A DNA stretch of 63,276 nucleotides, the filler included, from Dimargaris cristalligena (Eukaryota), in the NCBI GenBank assembly GCA_003614675.1. It is 10 parts of 10 records of this genome, joined end to end, with 100 filler letters (N's around TTAATTAATTAA, not from the genome) between each part and the next. Parts side by side here need not be neighbours in the genome. Positions count along the whole stretch, not along the records: positions 44,514 to 50,711 come from ML003545.1; positions 50,812 to 57,001 come from ML003546.1; positions 57,102 to 63,276 come from ML003547.1; 7 more parts are not named here. The stretch is one strand, 5' to 3'. Below are positions 50,501 through 61,451 of the stretch, piece by piece (the first letter of the stretch is position 1; every line of letters starts with the position of its first letter). The position numbers and the translations under genes are program-made. The notes below the pieces were generated by a model. The model saw only the letters and a list, made by a program, of their open reading frames with translations, searched no databases and had not been told where the DNA came from.

Positions 50501-50711
50501 TCCTACTAGTGATGAACTGCGTTGAGCCAGTTGTGGCTGTCAGGTTGAATCGTTTACTAACACTATCTTATTGAGACAGCCACAGCTGGCTCTATGTGGT
50601 TATCAGGATATCCTTGTAGGTGATAGTGGTGTCCTCATGGTAGACCTTCATGTTCTTCGTAGTCAACGCTGCAGTTGAGACAGCCACAGCTGGCTCCCTT
50701 GTTGAATGTGA
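44514..50711. repeat. Non-coding three-box repeat lattice (box A hairpin GAGC-stem-loop-stem-TCTC; box B GTCGCTNCGCTYA; box C GNTGCA) with variable spacers
   Basis: By manual count about 45 box A and more than 20 box B copies. Box order and spacing are conserved. No credible ORF. Confidence 0.9.
46959..47517. other. Unique multi-hairpin core inside the lattice (putative origin or structured RNA)
   Basis: Closing inverted repeat AACGACCTCC/GGAGGTCGTT, a perfect 18-bp inverted repeat 47160-47177/47216-47233, and several more stems. Confidence 0.65.
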
Positions 50712-50811
50712 NNNNNNNNNNNNNNNNNNNNNNNNNNNNNNNNNNNNNNNNNNNNTTAATTAATTAANNNNNNNNNNNNNNNNNNNNNNNNNNNNNNNNN
50801 NNNNNNNNNNN

Positions 50812-51087
50812 AACAATAGAAGGGATAAAAAGAAAGGGAGAAAGCTATTATTAGCTATTCTTTGAATAGGGGCACAGTCAGGCCAGGGGTAGTGTGAATG
50901 CAGGGGTGCAGTCTGGTCAGGGGCAGGGGTGCATCACAGTCAAGGGTATAAAATATAATAATAGGAAAAACAATATAATAATAAAAATGGAGGAAAAATG
51001 ACTATACTCATCAGGGGCATACTTCTGATAAGTACAAAAAATGGATAAAAAATAAAAGTAAGTAAAAAATGTAGTAAGTTCACCACA
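50812..51087 (-). mobile_element. Partial LTR (family C), truncated by contig start
   Basis: Homologous to 1-209 and ends TTCACCACA. Confidence 0.75.
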
Positions 51088-51967
51088 GACGTCAAGGATT
51101 CAAAGTCGGGGATCTAGTTCTGTTAAAAGACACTCGACTCACCAAAGTCAAGGGTAAACTTTGAGCCTGATGGTGTGGACCCTACATGATAGCCACCATA
51201 GTACATGAAGATGTGTACACCCTCAATGAATTGGATAGTGCAGCATTCAAAGATCCTACTACCAGCATCCACCTACATCATTATTTTAGAGCAGTTTGAA
51301 CCGGGACATTCAAATTCAGCCCCAGGAGATGTACTGCCAAGGGCCAGGGTAATTTCCCTTTCCATGAGACTAACTGGTCACCACACTCCATTCATGATGC
51401 TTGCATACTCTAAATCTGTAGGTTTGCCTTTGTGACAAACAGTGTTCACACTGAGATGAGTGAGTGACATTGATATCTTCCATTTTCCCATATTCTTTTC
51501 TTCCATATTCCACCTTCAAGAATGCCCTGGTGGATCTGAAGCAATTTTGTCTTCTGTTTTCTATATTATTTTTCTTCTGTATCTGACTTTTAAGGAATGC
51601 CTCAGCAGATCTGAGGCAATTTTGTCTTCCATCTTTCCATATATCTTTTCTTTCCCTTTTTACACAGTGTTCAAATTTGAAGAAACAGCTAGTTTTTTCC
51701 CTTCATGGTTTTATGGTTATCAGTCCATCTGAGGATGATGTCCTAAAAGTAGTGGTGTAGCTCTAAGTTCATAGTATCAATTTGCATATATATAGTATCC
51801 CCAGCCAGCCTTTAAAATGGCAAGTTATCTTTGAGATAAGTTTTTATTATTTGGAATAAATATCTATTTTTTAACTTCACCCAGCATCTTACCCAGCATC
51901 AGCCAAGGACTTCAACCGGAAGTTGATTTTTTGTTTTTCTTAATTTTATTATCTTATTTTTAGTACA
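51088..51967 (+). mobile_element. 3' end of a second Ty3/Gypsy element: integrase GPY/F tail plus 3' LTR (family E, 51330-51967)
   Basis: FKVGDLVLL...KL(*)A(*)WCGPY.I, then an LTR with inverted termini TGTACT...AGTACA. Confidence 0.8.
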
Positions 51968-54900
51968 TAGCAACTGTGGCTCCTCCAGCACCTAACTCTG
52001 ATGATGGGAGTGTAGGACCATTCTGCGTGGAATATTTTGCACCATACCCCAGTTCAACCTCTGAGTACAGCTCCGATCCAATCTGCCTAGCTGAAGGGCC
52101 ATGTCCCGAGTTCTCCATGATTTGTCCAGGTGCATAGAGCCCTCCAAACCCAACATCCAGTGACCCTGCCAATCCCGGGGAGGATAAGGGGTCCAACCCC
52201 AGCCTTAGTCCCAGAAGGGAGGGGCCTCAAACCACTGGCCCAACACCTTGCATCAAATTACTTATGTGTTATCTCTTATAAACTTGTCCAAGGTGTAGTC
52301 ATTTAATCATATTAGGGATTATTGCCTATGACAAGGTAATGGAGGGGATTAAGAGCTGTCCTATTCAGATATATATATATATATAATATACAAAGGCGAT
52401 AATTTTTTATTGCTAGTTATTTGAGGATATGGTGGGGTGGATACCCATATGGTTTTGTTTTGGGCCAATAACTTTGGGATGCAGTTCACTGAACCTGTTA
52501 TTAGTATTGTTGATATCTTTTGTCATTGCCACTCTTATATCCATTTTCCTTATAAGGAAACTGACTTCTTAGTAGACAAGGTTAAGAGTGAACATTTTGA
52601 TACTAAAATTGTGCCCAGATTTTGGTATTGGGGGCTATTACGACGAAATTAGCTGTAGAGATACTTTGAAAATTATATGATAATGTTTATTGCAATGATT
52701 TATACTGTGTCGTCAAAAATTATAACCAAGAGCTTGTTAGTATTCAGTATATACGGGTGTGAGAAACTAAGTAATAGTAATTTATTAGTTGCATTGATGA
52801 ACTGGACATAAAATATATAATCAGTGATTGTATTATATTAGGAGGCGAGTAGGACTATTGTCATCTGAGGGTAACTATTAGGGTAGACTGGTGGTTTGTG
52901 TCTATACTGAAGAAACTAATGATCCTAATAGTACTTCTAAGCATATTAGCCAAGGATGGTAGGTAGTTAGTCCATAGGACTAGTATTCCAAGAGGGGGCC
53001 ATAGTCACAGTGTCCTTGAGGGACCAAGTTGGACTTCCTGATAATGTGCCAAGTGTTGCTGCGGTATGGTTTTTCTCAGTTGGCACCCTTGTAGTATCAT
53101 CTGAGGGTTCGACATTCATGGGTAGATAGGGTACCTGTGGCATTCTGGTTGAGTCCCCAGTTTCATAGGATGCCTGGTTAGCATTGGGCGCCCCTGGTGG
53201 TGCAGTATCAACAAGCTCTAGGCTAATGGTTGATCAACCAGTGGGGAATAGATGTGTTATAAAGTATACCGGGATATGAGATGGAGGGGAAAAAGTTCAA
53301 CAGGCAGTGTATATCTCAGGGTAGTTACTGTCACTATAGCTGGGCTAAAAGTAAAGATGGGTGGGTGGGGGTTGGCTCTGATGGCTTGGTCATGATACAT
53401 TGACAATGTCACAGGCAGAGGGATGGAGGTGGTACAAAGGGAGTCCTGGTGACGTGGTTGGACCATTTATTTGTGCAGCCCAAAAATTTTCTTAAGCTAG
53501 ATTAATATCATAATAGGAATAAGTGAACAAACATAGAAACACATTGTTAGAAATTGGCCTACATATCATTCAGTAAGTACAAAATGATTTATCAGAATAT
53601 CATTTGGAAGCCATTCGTTAATTAATCAGCATAATGAAAATTGGGTGTTATCTTTCATTGAATGGAGACATCACTGTTACATTAGTGCACTCATTGGCAA
53701 GGCAGATAGTAAAATAGGGAACATTGTCTTTTATTATATCACTTCTGATAGTTATATACAGCCGACATAGTATAAATACAATTACTGGCCCGCCTAAACT
53801 TCACAATATAAATAAAAATATGTAATATAATAAAACTTACCATATTGAAAGCCCACTTAACGGGTTTTACGATTGGCACTCTGGGGTCGGCGGTAGGATA
53901 ATCCCTACCAGGCCGATTCTTCTTGAATATAATGTTTATGGAAAATGCCATTTGGTTATAAAGCGTAGCAATTTTGTGTTTTGCTGATAGCTTTAGGATG
54001 AGAAAAAACCACAGTTTTTATACCTGGTGAAAACACACCACCCAGTCGAGGGAAGTGTTAGCTTAAGCCTAACAACACAATGAAAACCAATGGAAATCCC
54101 CAACTACAGGAAAACAGCAGACATCCCAATGCTATGCACAAACTATGGCCATTGTCACCGACCTGGGTCATATGGAAGGCAAACATTATGCTCCCAAATG
54201 GCCATTATTGTCCACAGTTCTGCTTCCGATGCCAAATCCTCCTTACCAGCAAAGGGAATACAGCAGTAAGATTATTAGATGTGGTTTATTTCACACACTG
54301 AATAACAATAGTACTATCTATTCATGATTAGGCCTGACAATGGCCACACCTTTCTAACTAAGCCCAATTATGAAGGTTACAGGCCTAGTGCCTTTACAAG
54401 TGCCGATTCCTCATAATTAGCTATTCCCAGGAGATGGTAGGTCTTCACCGAAGATGGTGAACTCCACCCATATGTAGATGTACCCACCTTCCTGAACAGC
54501 TCCACAGCAATCAAGAGTACTATTGGTATTATCCTAATAACTTCGATTAGTAGAAAAAAAAGTGCACTATAATATCCCATCTCCCCCTTCCATACAATAT
54601 TTTTTTCCTTTATGGATATTCCCTTGTTGGCGCATTCCCCTTCCTCCCATCCATTATAGTAAAATAACCGTGTATAAAAATATTGTTATTGTTCCTTCGA
54701 GGTATAGTCCCAGATAGCCCTATTCGGCGCAAGTTAATGTCATTACCGGAGTTTGGGCTGTTTCGGGATGTCAAAAGCTGCCTTCTACCATTAAAGATTC
54801 ATGTTTCTATGCAATACGAGTACTACTGTATATTACCATTCACCCATTTATATGTGGATATGTCATACGAGAGGAAATCAGCCTGACTTGACGGCTCTTG

Positions 54901-55993
54901 GCCCTCTGCTTTCAATATCCCCAAATTTATGCATTGGATTCCCTTGGCACGGGACATTGTGTAACGCCATGTTAAACATAATAGTAGATATATCCAAAGA
55001 ATAAACTGGGCGACATACCGCAATCTCGGGAATCTCATCGCTTATGTGCATGCCATAGTTGAATATTTAATTAATTATTTGAATATGTAGCTGGTCCACT
55101 GATGCAGTTAATTTGACCATGTCATGAAGTCCTTTCTGTTTGGGGGGTAACTAAGATTCACTGTGACCAGATTATATGTTTCCTAATGGTGATATTCTTC
55201 CCTGTATAAGCCTTCATCAGCCGAGGACTATTTGTTGTATTATTAAGCCAATTGGTACATATTTGTATTGTTACTTAGGTTTTTACTTCAAAGACTGCCC
55301 AATTTTGTCTCCGTCAGTACATTCTGTTACTCCAATAAGCCTACACATGTAATACTGGGACCAGAATGACAGGGGGAATCCATGTCACCTTGTCAGGTGA
55401 GGAGAAAGAAGACTCTGATAGTGATATTAGCCCAAAAGGCTGTTGGATTCTGGAAATTGGAGGCCGATGAGAAGATGTTTCCAGTGATAATGTATTTGCC
55501 GGAGAGATGGTCCAATAATGGGATTAACTAAACAGTGTTTTTGGCAGGTAATATTTGTTATTATAAAAGAGAAATTCGAATGAACCTTGTAAAGTTAAGT
55601 CAATAGTTGCGGACTCGAGAAACTGCTTCTGCTGGTGAACCAGCAGAAGTGAAGTTGATGATAATTGGCCTCTTGAGACCACGATAGGCTTTATTTCACC
55701 AGATTTAATGTGTGATGTAAATGGTTTTTTGTAAAAGACGAATCCTTACCTTGGCAGGTTATATGTACTGCTGCTCTAGTCCGGGACATACCCTCCCTTT
55801 TCTTCCTTGGACTTTTTATGAGCAATAAGCACTAAGTTTACTAATACCTAAATTTGTAATTGAATTCAATAAGCAATTAACTAAATCAACCATCCTATAC
55901 TTATTGAAGTAGATTAATACTAAATACTAATATTTCTGGGTGGGCTTACAAATTATATTAAATGGGATATTATCATCAACTTCACTTACACTG

Positions 55994-56575
55994 TGTTGGA
56001 TCTTCTAATCTAACCTAATCCAGCTGGCTTAGTACTCGACAACCCTAGGCCTTATAGTGCCATATTAACCCTCCCATAGTCACCCCCAGTACTATGGGTC
56101 ATTATTTATATATATAACCCTACCCCTTGTGACCCCAACACCTTGCACCCCAAACAATCCACTTGCTGATCCAAGACCCTTCCAGTTCCCATGGGAGTCT
56201 TCCTAGTATGAAGCCATCCAGTTGGTCCCTTTACCTATTTGTACCTTAGCCTTAGTAGTATTTACCTTGGAACCTCCCTCTGGAGTTGTCCCCATATATA
56301 TAACTAGGCCCTACTGGGACTGGTTCAATTCCTTAGCTTATTACTATCCCTTAGTTTACCTCAATAAACTCTATATAAACTCACCCCCCCCTTATACTGA
56401 CCAGTAAGTGTACACTGCTACATGTCCCTTGCATAGTTACCACACTTGCCCCTATTGGGTTAGTACCACCCCATACCTGATACTAGTAGCCACTTAGCCG
56501 AGCCTAAGCCCACCTACTATTAGAAGCCTACCCCCAGGACTCTTAACAGACTAAGAGTAGATAATTTAGGTGACA
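55994..56575 (+). mobile_element. LTR family A copy, no TSD
   Basis: TGTTGG...GGTGACA, colinear with 4664-5478. Flanks CACTG/AATAT do not match. Confidence 0.88.
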
Positions 56576-56942
56576 AATATGATGGTCAATGCAGGTACCT
56601 TCAAATGCAATTGTAAAGATTTAAAGAAGAGAGAAAGAACCACAAGGGGCAAAGCTAGATGCCCACAGTTGGTTTAATTGTATTGGAAATAGCAGTAATG
56701 ATGATAAAAATGTTGTTCTGAGTATAGGATGATACAATCATAGATAGAGAATAGTCCCAGGTATTAGGATGGACCAATCAGAGTAAAGGATTTGGAGGGG
56801 CGGGAGAAATGAATTTCCAACACTTTTCACTAGCCCATTATAATAAGTATTTTTTAATTTCATTTACTATAGTAGCCTTAGTGTGTTGCCAACAATTTGA
56901 GGGCCTCTGCTGGTTTGCCTTTGGGAGAGTCGGTAGGAGGGG

Positions 56943-57001
56943 TGTGGTGAACTTACCACATTTTTTACCTACTTTTATTTTTATCTATTTTTCGCACTTA
57001 T
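56943..57001 (+). mobile_element. Start of an LTR family C copy after a polypurine tract
   Basis: GGTAGGAGGGG then TGTGGTGAACTTACC..., the reverse-complement homolog of 150-209. Confidence 0.7.
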
Positions 57002-57886
57002 NNNNNNNNNNNNNNNNNNNNNNNNNNNNNNNNNNNNNNNNNNNNTTAATTAATTAANNNNNNNNNNNNNNNNNNNNNNNNNNNNNNNNNNNNNNNNNNN
57101 NCAAGTATCAATTTCACTTCTGATACTTGTGAGATCACTCTCCCTAATGGGATGTCCTTTTATGCAGGGGCATATACACATACATATATCATAAAAATGA
57201 GGTATCCTGGACAAAATTTCACCCCCAAAGCCCTAATTTCAAAGGAAAATTCAATTCAACAGGCCCATATCAACTTAGGCTATGTTAATTATCCCTTCCT
57301 GATTCAGGTAGCCAAGTCTAGCCTACTGCCAGGTGTTGATTTAACCACTTCCAAGGGTATCTAACCCTGTGAAACTTGTTTAATTAACAAGGCAACTCAC
57401 CTACCCTTCTCTGGCAGGCTGGACCCTATGTTCTCTATACCGGAGGTAATTCACACTGATGTAGCTGGCCCCATGCCAGTCAGAATAATGAAAGAACAAT
57501 ACTACTTTGTCTCTTTTATTGACCAGTTTTCAAGAATGGCTTATATCAGTTTGATTAAATATAAACCTGATGTACCCCAGGCACTGGACTAGTATTTAAA
57601 GTATATGAATAATCAGTTTAGTAAATTTCCCAAAGAAATTTATTCTGATAATAGTGGTAAGTACATCCCCCATCAATTTGCTACTATCCTCAGGGAATAT
57701 GGAATTACTCATTCCACTACTGCACCTTACTCCCCTCAACAAAATGGTATTACTGAAAGGTTCAATCGAACTGTTCACTCCACTGTAAAATGTATGCTTA
57801 ATGAAAAGGGTATACCCAAATCCCTTTGGGGGGAAGCCCTTCTGGCCACTACCATAATTTAGAATAGGATTCCAAGTCCTAAAATT

Positions 57887-58108
57887 TGTTGGAATACTAA
57901 GGATGTAAAGAAAATAAAACTGGAAGTAAGGGAAGAAAGTAGCTAGAGGACAGTAGGTGCCTCTAGGTGGTTAGTTTTATTAAACTGTAATTTCAATGGG
58001 GTGAAATATAAGTGGCTAACATAAATGATCTCATGATAGCTGAATAAACTAACATAATTGGGTGAAACAGGATAAGATAAAGAACACATAGGAATATATT
58101 CTTCAATA
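57887..58108. mobile_element. 222-bp solo-LTR-like insert (family B) in the Copia integrase
   Basis: TSD AAATT (57882-57886, 58109-58113). Termini TGTTGGAA...CTTCAATA. Confidence 0.9.
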
Positions 58109-59081
58109 AAATTAGTGATGACACTCCCCATTTATGCTGGTATGGCTAACTACTAGATCTTACATGACTTCACCAGTTTAGGTCCAAGGCAATTATCAAA
58201 ACCAACAATCATCACTCCCAAAAGTTACAACCAACTTCAAAGAAGCTCCTCTACATGGGGCTAACTGCCAACCTGAAAAACTATAAGTTTTTTGACCCCC
58301 AGTCAAACAAGGTCATTGTCAGTCATGATGCATATTTTTTGTCTAATTCCCTGGCTTCCTGGACTCCAGAACAGCCATCCCCATCAAAAACCATCCAGAA
58401 TCAAGCCCAGAATACCTCCAGTTGCTAATTTTACCTCCCTGATGAGGATTCAGGCTTAAATTTGCCTATTCATGCATCCCATGCATCTCATGCACCTCCT
58501 GTAGTAGTGATTGTACCTACGACAATGGATATTTCTAACTAATCCAACTATAGTTCTGAAATTTATCCAGTAGTATCCACTGCACCCCAGGTCATTAATA
58601 TAAGTAATCTTAGTATGGAATTAAGCCCACATACTTTAAGTGGTATCCCTGTAGACCTAAATCTTGATCCAAATGACTGGGAACTTGAATCTGAACTAAG
58701 GAATCCAATATCACCCATCAGGTCCCTGTACCTATCCAATTTAACTACAGAACACCTGTCCCTGGCCCCCAGGTTATTCCCTTAAAAAAGAATCATTCCA
58801 AAAGGTCAAAACAACTACAATTGGTGACTCCGTGACTGTCCAAATGTATCTGTGGCATTCCTCCCTCTCCCTCTCCCAACCCCAATACTCCTTCCAATTT
58901 AGCTTTTCTGGCCATGGATGGTCCACAGTCATACTCCCTGGCCATGAAGGATCAGTTCCATAAGGAATGTCAGTCAGCCATTGACCTTGAACTCAAGTCT
59001 ATGGCTGAAAATAAAGTCTGGGACTTAGTACCTCATCTAAAAAAACTCCAAAGTTTTACCCTATTACTGGGTTTTTATTAT

Positions 59082-59663
59082 TGTTGGCCCTCCTAATCTA
59101 ACTTAATCCAGACCTAAAGAGTGCCCACCCTTATTAGGCCTTATAGTACCATATTAACCCTCCCATAGTTACCCCTGGTACTATGGGGCCATCATTTATT
59201 ATATAACCCCACTCATTCTAACCCCAATGCTTTGCACCCCAAACACTCAACTTACCAATCCAAGACTCTTCCAGTTCCCATGAGAGTCTTCCTGATGCAA
59301 AGCCATCCGGTTGGGCCCTTTACCTATTTGCACCTTAGTCTTAGTCATATTCCCCTTGGGACCTCCCTCTGGAACCATCCCTGCATATATAACTGGGCCC
59401 AATGGGGCCTGGTTCAACTCTTTAGCTTATTCATATCCCCCAGTTTACCTCAATAAACTCCATATATACTCATCCCCTTGTACTAACTAGTAAATGTGCC
59501 TACTGCATGTCCCTGACATTTACCTGCATCTGTCCTCTATTAGTTAGTACTATGTCCCCATCCTAACAATAGTAGCCTGCTTGGCAGAACCTAAGCCCCA
59601 CCTACCATTAGAAGCCTATCCTTGGGACTCTTGATGGACTAAGAGTAGTTAATCTGGGTGACA
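59082..59663 (+). mobile_element. Solo LTR family A in the Copia RT
   Basis: TGTTGG...GTGACA with TSD ATTAT/ATTAC (one transition). Splits the WVF.TK motif. Confidence 0.92.
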
Positions 59664-60181
59664 ATTACCAAGTGGCACCCTGATGGTACTATTGAGCATT
59701 ACAAGGCCCAACTAGTTATCAAGGGATTCCATCAGCATGAAGGAATTGACTATAATGAAGTATTTGCACCTGTAGTTCACTACTCTAGCATCAGGATTCT
59801 CTTAGCACTTACTACCAAGTACTAACTTTTTATTTATCAAATAGATGTACAAACTGTGTTTTTGAATAGCAAAATTGATAAAGAAGTTTTTATTGAACCT
59901 CCTGAGGGATCCCAGATCCCCAAACACTCTGTCTGCAAGCTTAACCATAGTCTGTATAGACTCAAGCAATCTCTAAGACTCTGGAATTAAACACTTGATG
60001 AGTTTTTGCTGTCTTGTGACATTTTAAAGTGTGAACTTGATCATAGTATTTATGCCAGGATTCAAGGAAACCTATGTACATACCTAGCTATATATGTTAA
60101 TGACATTCTTATTGTCTCATCTGAGCTTTCTGGCATGGATTAGGTTAAATAACAACTCAATGCCAGATTCCCAATGACTGA

Positions 60182-60765
60182 TATTGGCCCTTCTAATCTA
60201 CCTTAATCTGGACACTATGCTATCCACCCTTATTAGGCCTTATAGTACCATAATAACCTTCCCATAGTCACCCCTGGTACTATGAGATCACCCTATAGTA
60301 TATAACCCTTCCCCTTCTGGACTCTGCCTCTTTATACTAATCACCCAAGTGCTAATCTGGGGACTCTTCCAGTTACCATCAGAGTCTTCCAGATACTAGC
60401 AGCCATCTGGTCAGCTTAATTACCTATACCTTAGTCTTAGTAGTATTTTATCCTTGGGACCCCCCTCTGGAGTTGTCCCTGTATATATATAACCATGCCC
60501 CATTGGGACCAGTTAGATTCCTTAGCTTATCCTTACCCCCTAGTTTACCCCTAATAAACCTTATATATACTCACTCCCCTCATACTAACTAGTAAGTGTG
60601 CCCACTGCATATCCCTTACCTTTACCTGTACTTAGCCTTTATCAGTTAGTATCATGTCCTGTACCTGATGCCAGTAGCCCACGTGGCCAAGCCTAAGCCC
60701 TGCCTACTATTAAAAGCCTATCCGCAGGACCCTTGTGAGACTTAGAGTGGTTAACCCAGGCAACA
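60182..60765 (+). mobile_element. LTR family A copy terminating the Copia RT remnant
   Basis: TATTGGCCC...GGCAACA, colinear with the other A copies. Copia sequence does not visibly resume afterwards. Confidence 0.88.
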
Positions 60766-61163
60766 GTTGAAAAATATGACTTCCAATGAATAGGTCACTA
60801 TTAGTTTTCCTCTGTAGGATGCAAATATCTTTTGTGTGCCCTCAGACATAGTATGAATACTAATTATATTGTAATAATATAAAAAACCCAATGTAATATA
60901 AATCTGATAAATGTTTTCAATGACAATATGCTAACAACTTAATAACTGTAATGTTATTAAATGTGGCAATGATATAATAAAATTTGACATCATAAATGTT
61001 GACAGGACAAAAGCAAACTAAATATTGAATAAAAAATGGATTGAGTAGGACGTGATATTAATAAATGATAGTCAATAATAGGATGCTGGATGGTCCTTAA
61101 TATGTCATAATCGTCAAACTGCTGTATTGTACGAAGTGAAAGTAAGCCCTGATCTATTGAAAG

Positions 61164-61451
61164 TTATTTTTTTTTGCCAAAAATATGTGGAACCTTTGTA
61201 CCTAAAGTAGATAGTTTATTACCCACTTTTTTTACAACATTGGAGGCAGCACCCTTAAACCTTTGACTTTTGGATTTGGGGAGTTGGGGTTTGTTGGGAG
61301 CGGGGGGATGTTCTAGGGCCCATAAATTAGGGTATTTTTCACGACGTTGGGCATCATAGGCAGCATTTTCCTCCTTGGTTATTTGGCCTTCCGATTGGAT
61401 AATGATGGCTATGACAACAAGCGAAACGGCAAACATGGATGAAAGCTTCAT
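61164..61451 (-). CDS. Small secreted protein (95 aa) with Lys-rich amphipathic C-terminus
   Basis: ATG at 61451 gives signal peptide MKLSSMFAVSLVVIAIIIQSEG. TATATAAA at ~61645-61652. Confidence 0.8.
   Translation of the reverse strand: MKLSSMFAVSLVVIAIIIQSEGQITKEENAAYDAQRREKYPNLWALEHPPAPNKPQLPKSKSQRFKGAASNVVKKVGNKLSTLGTKVPHIFGKKK

Larger units (their letters stand above)
57102..60181 (+). mobile_element. Degenerate Ty1/Copia retrotransposon pol (integrase then RT) with nested insertions
   Basis: H.NLG/CETC, IHTDVAGP, FIDQFSR, TAPYSPQQNGITERFNRT, LWGEA. RT: ENKVWDLVP, YKA.LV.KGF.Q.EGIDY.EVFAPV, SLY.LKQS, YV(N)DIL. The IN-before-RT order is diagnostic of Copia. Confidence 0.95.

Noticed and set aside
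44514-50711. CRISPR array interpretation of contig 8
   Set aside because: There are three different boxes in both orientations with degenerate copies, no single repeat with uniform spacers, and no cas genes.
55430-55550. FWK....FP / VF.AG resemblance to a hAT dimerisation domain
   Set aside because: Too few matching residues, and no other transposase motifs or TIRs were found.
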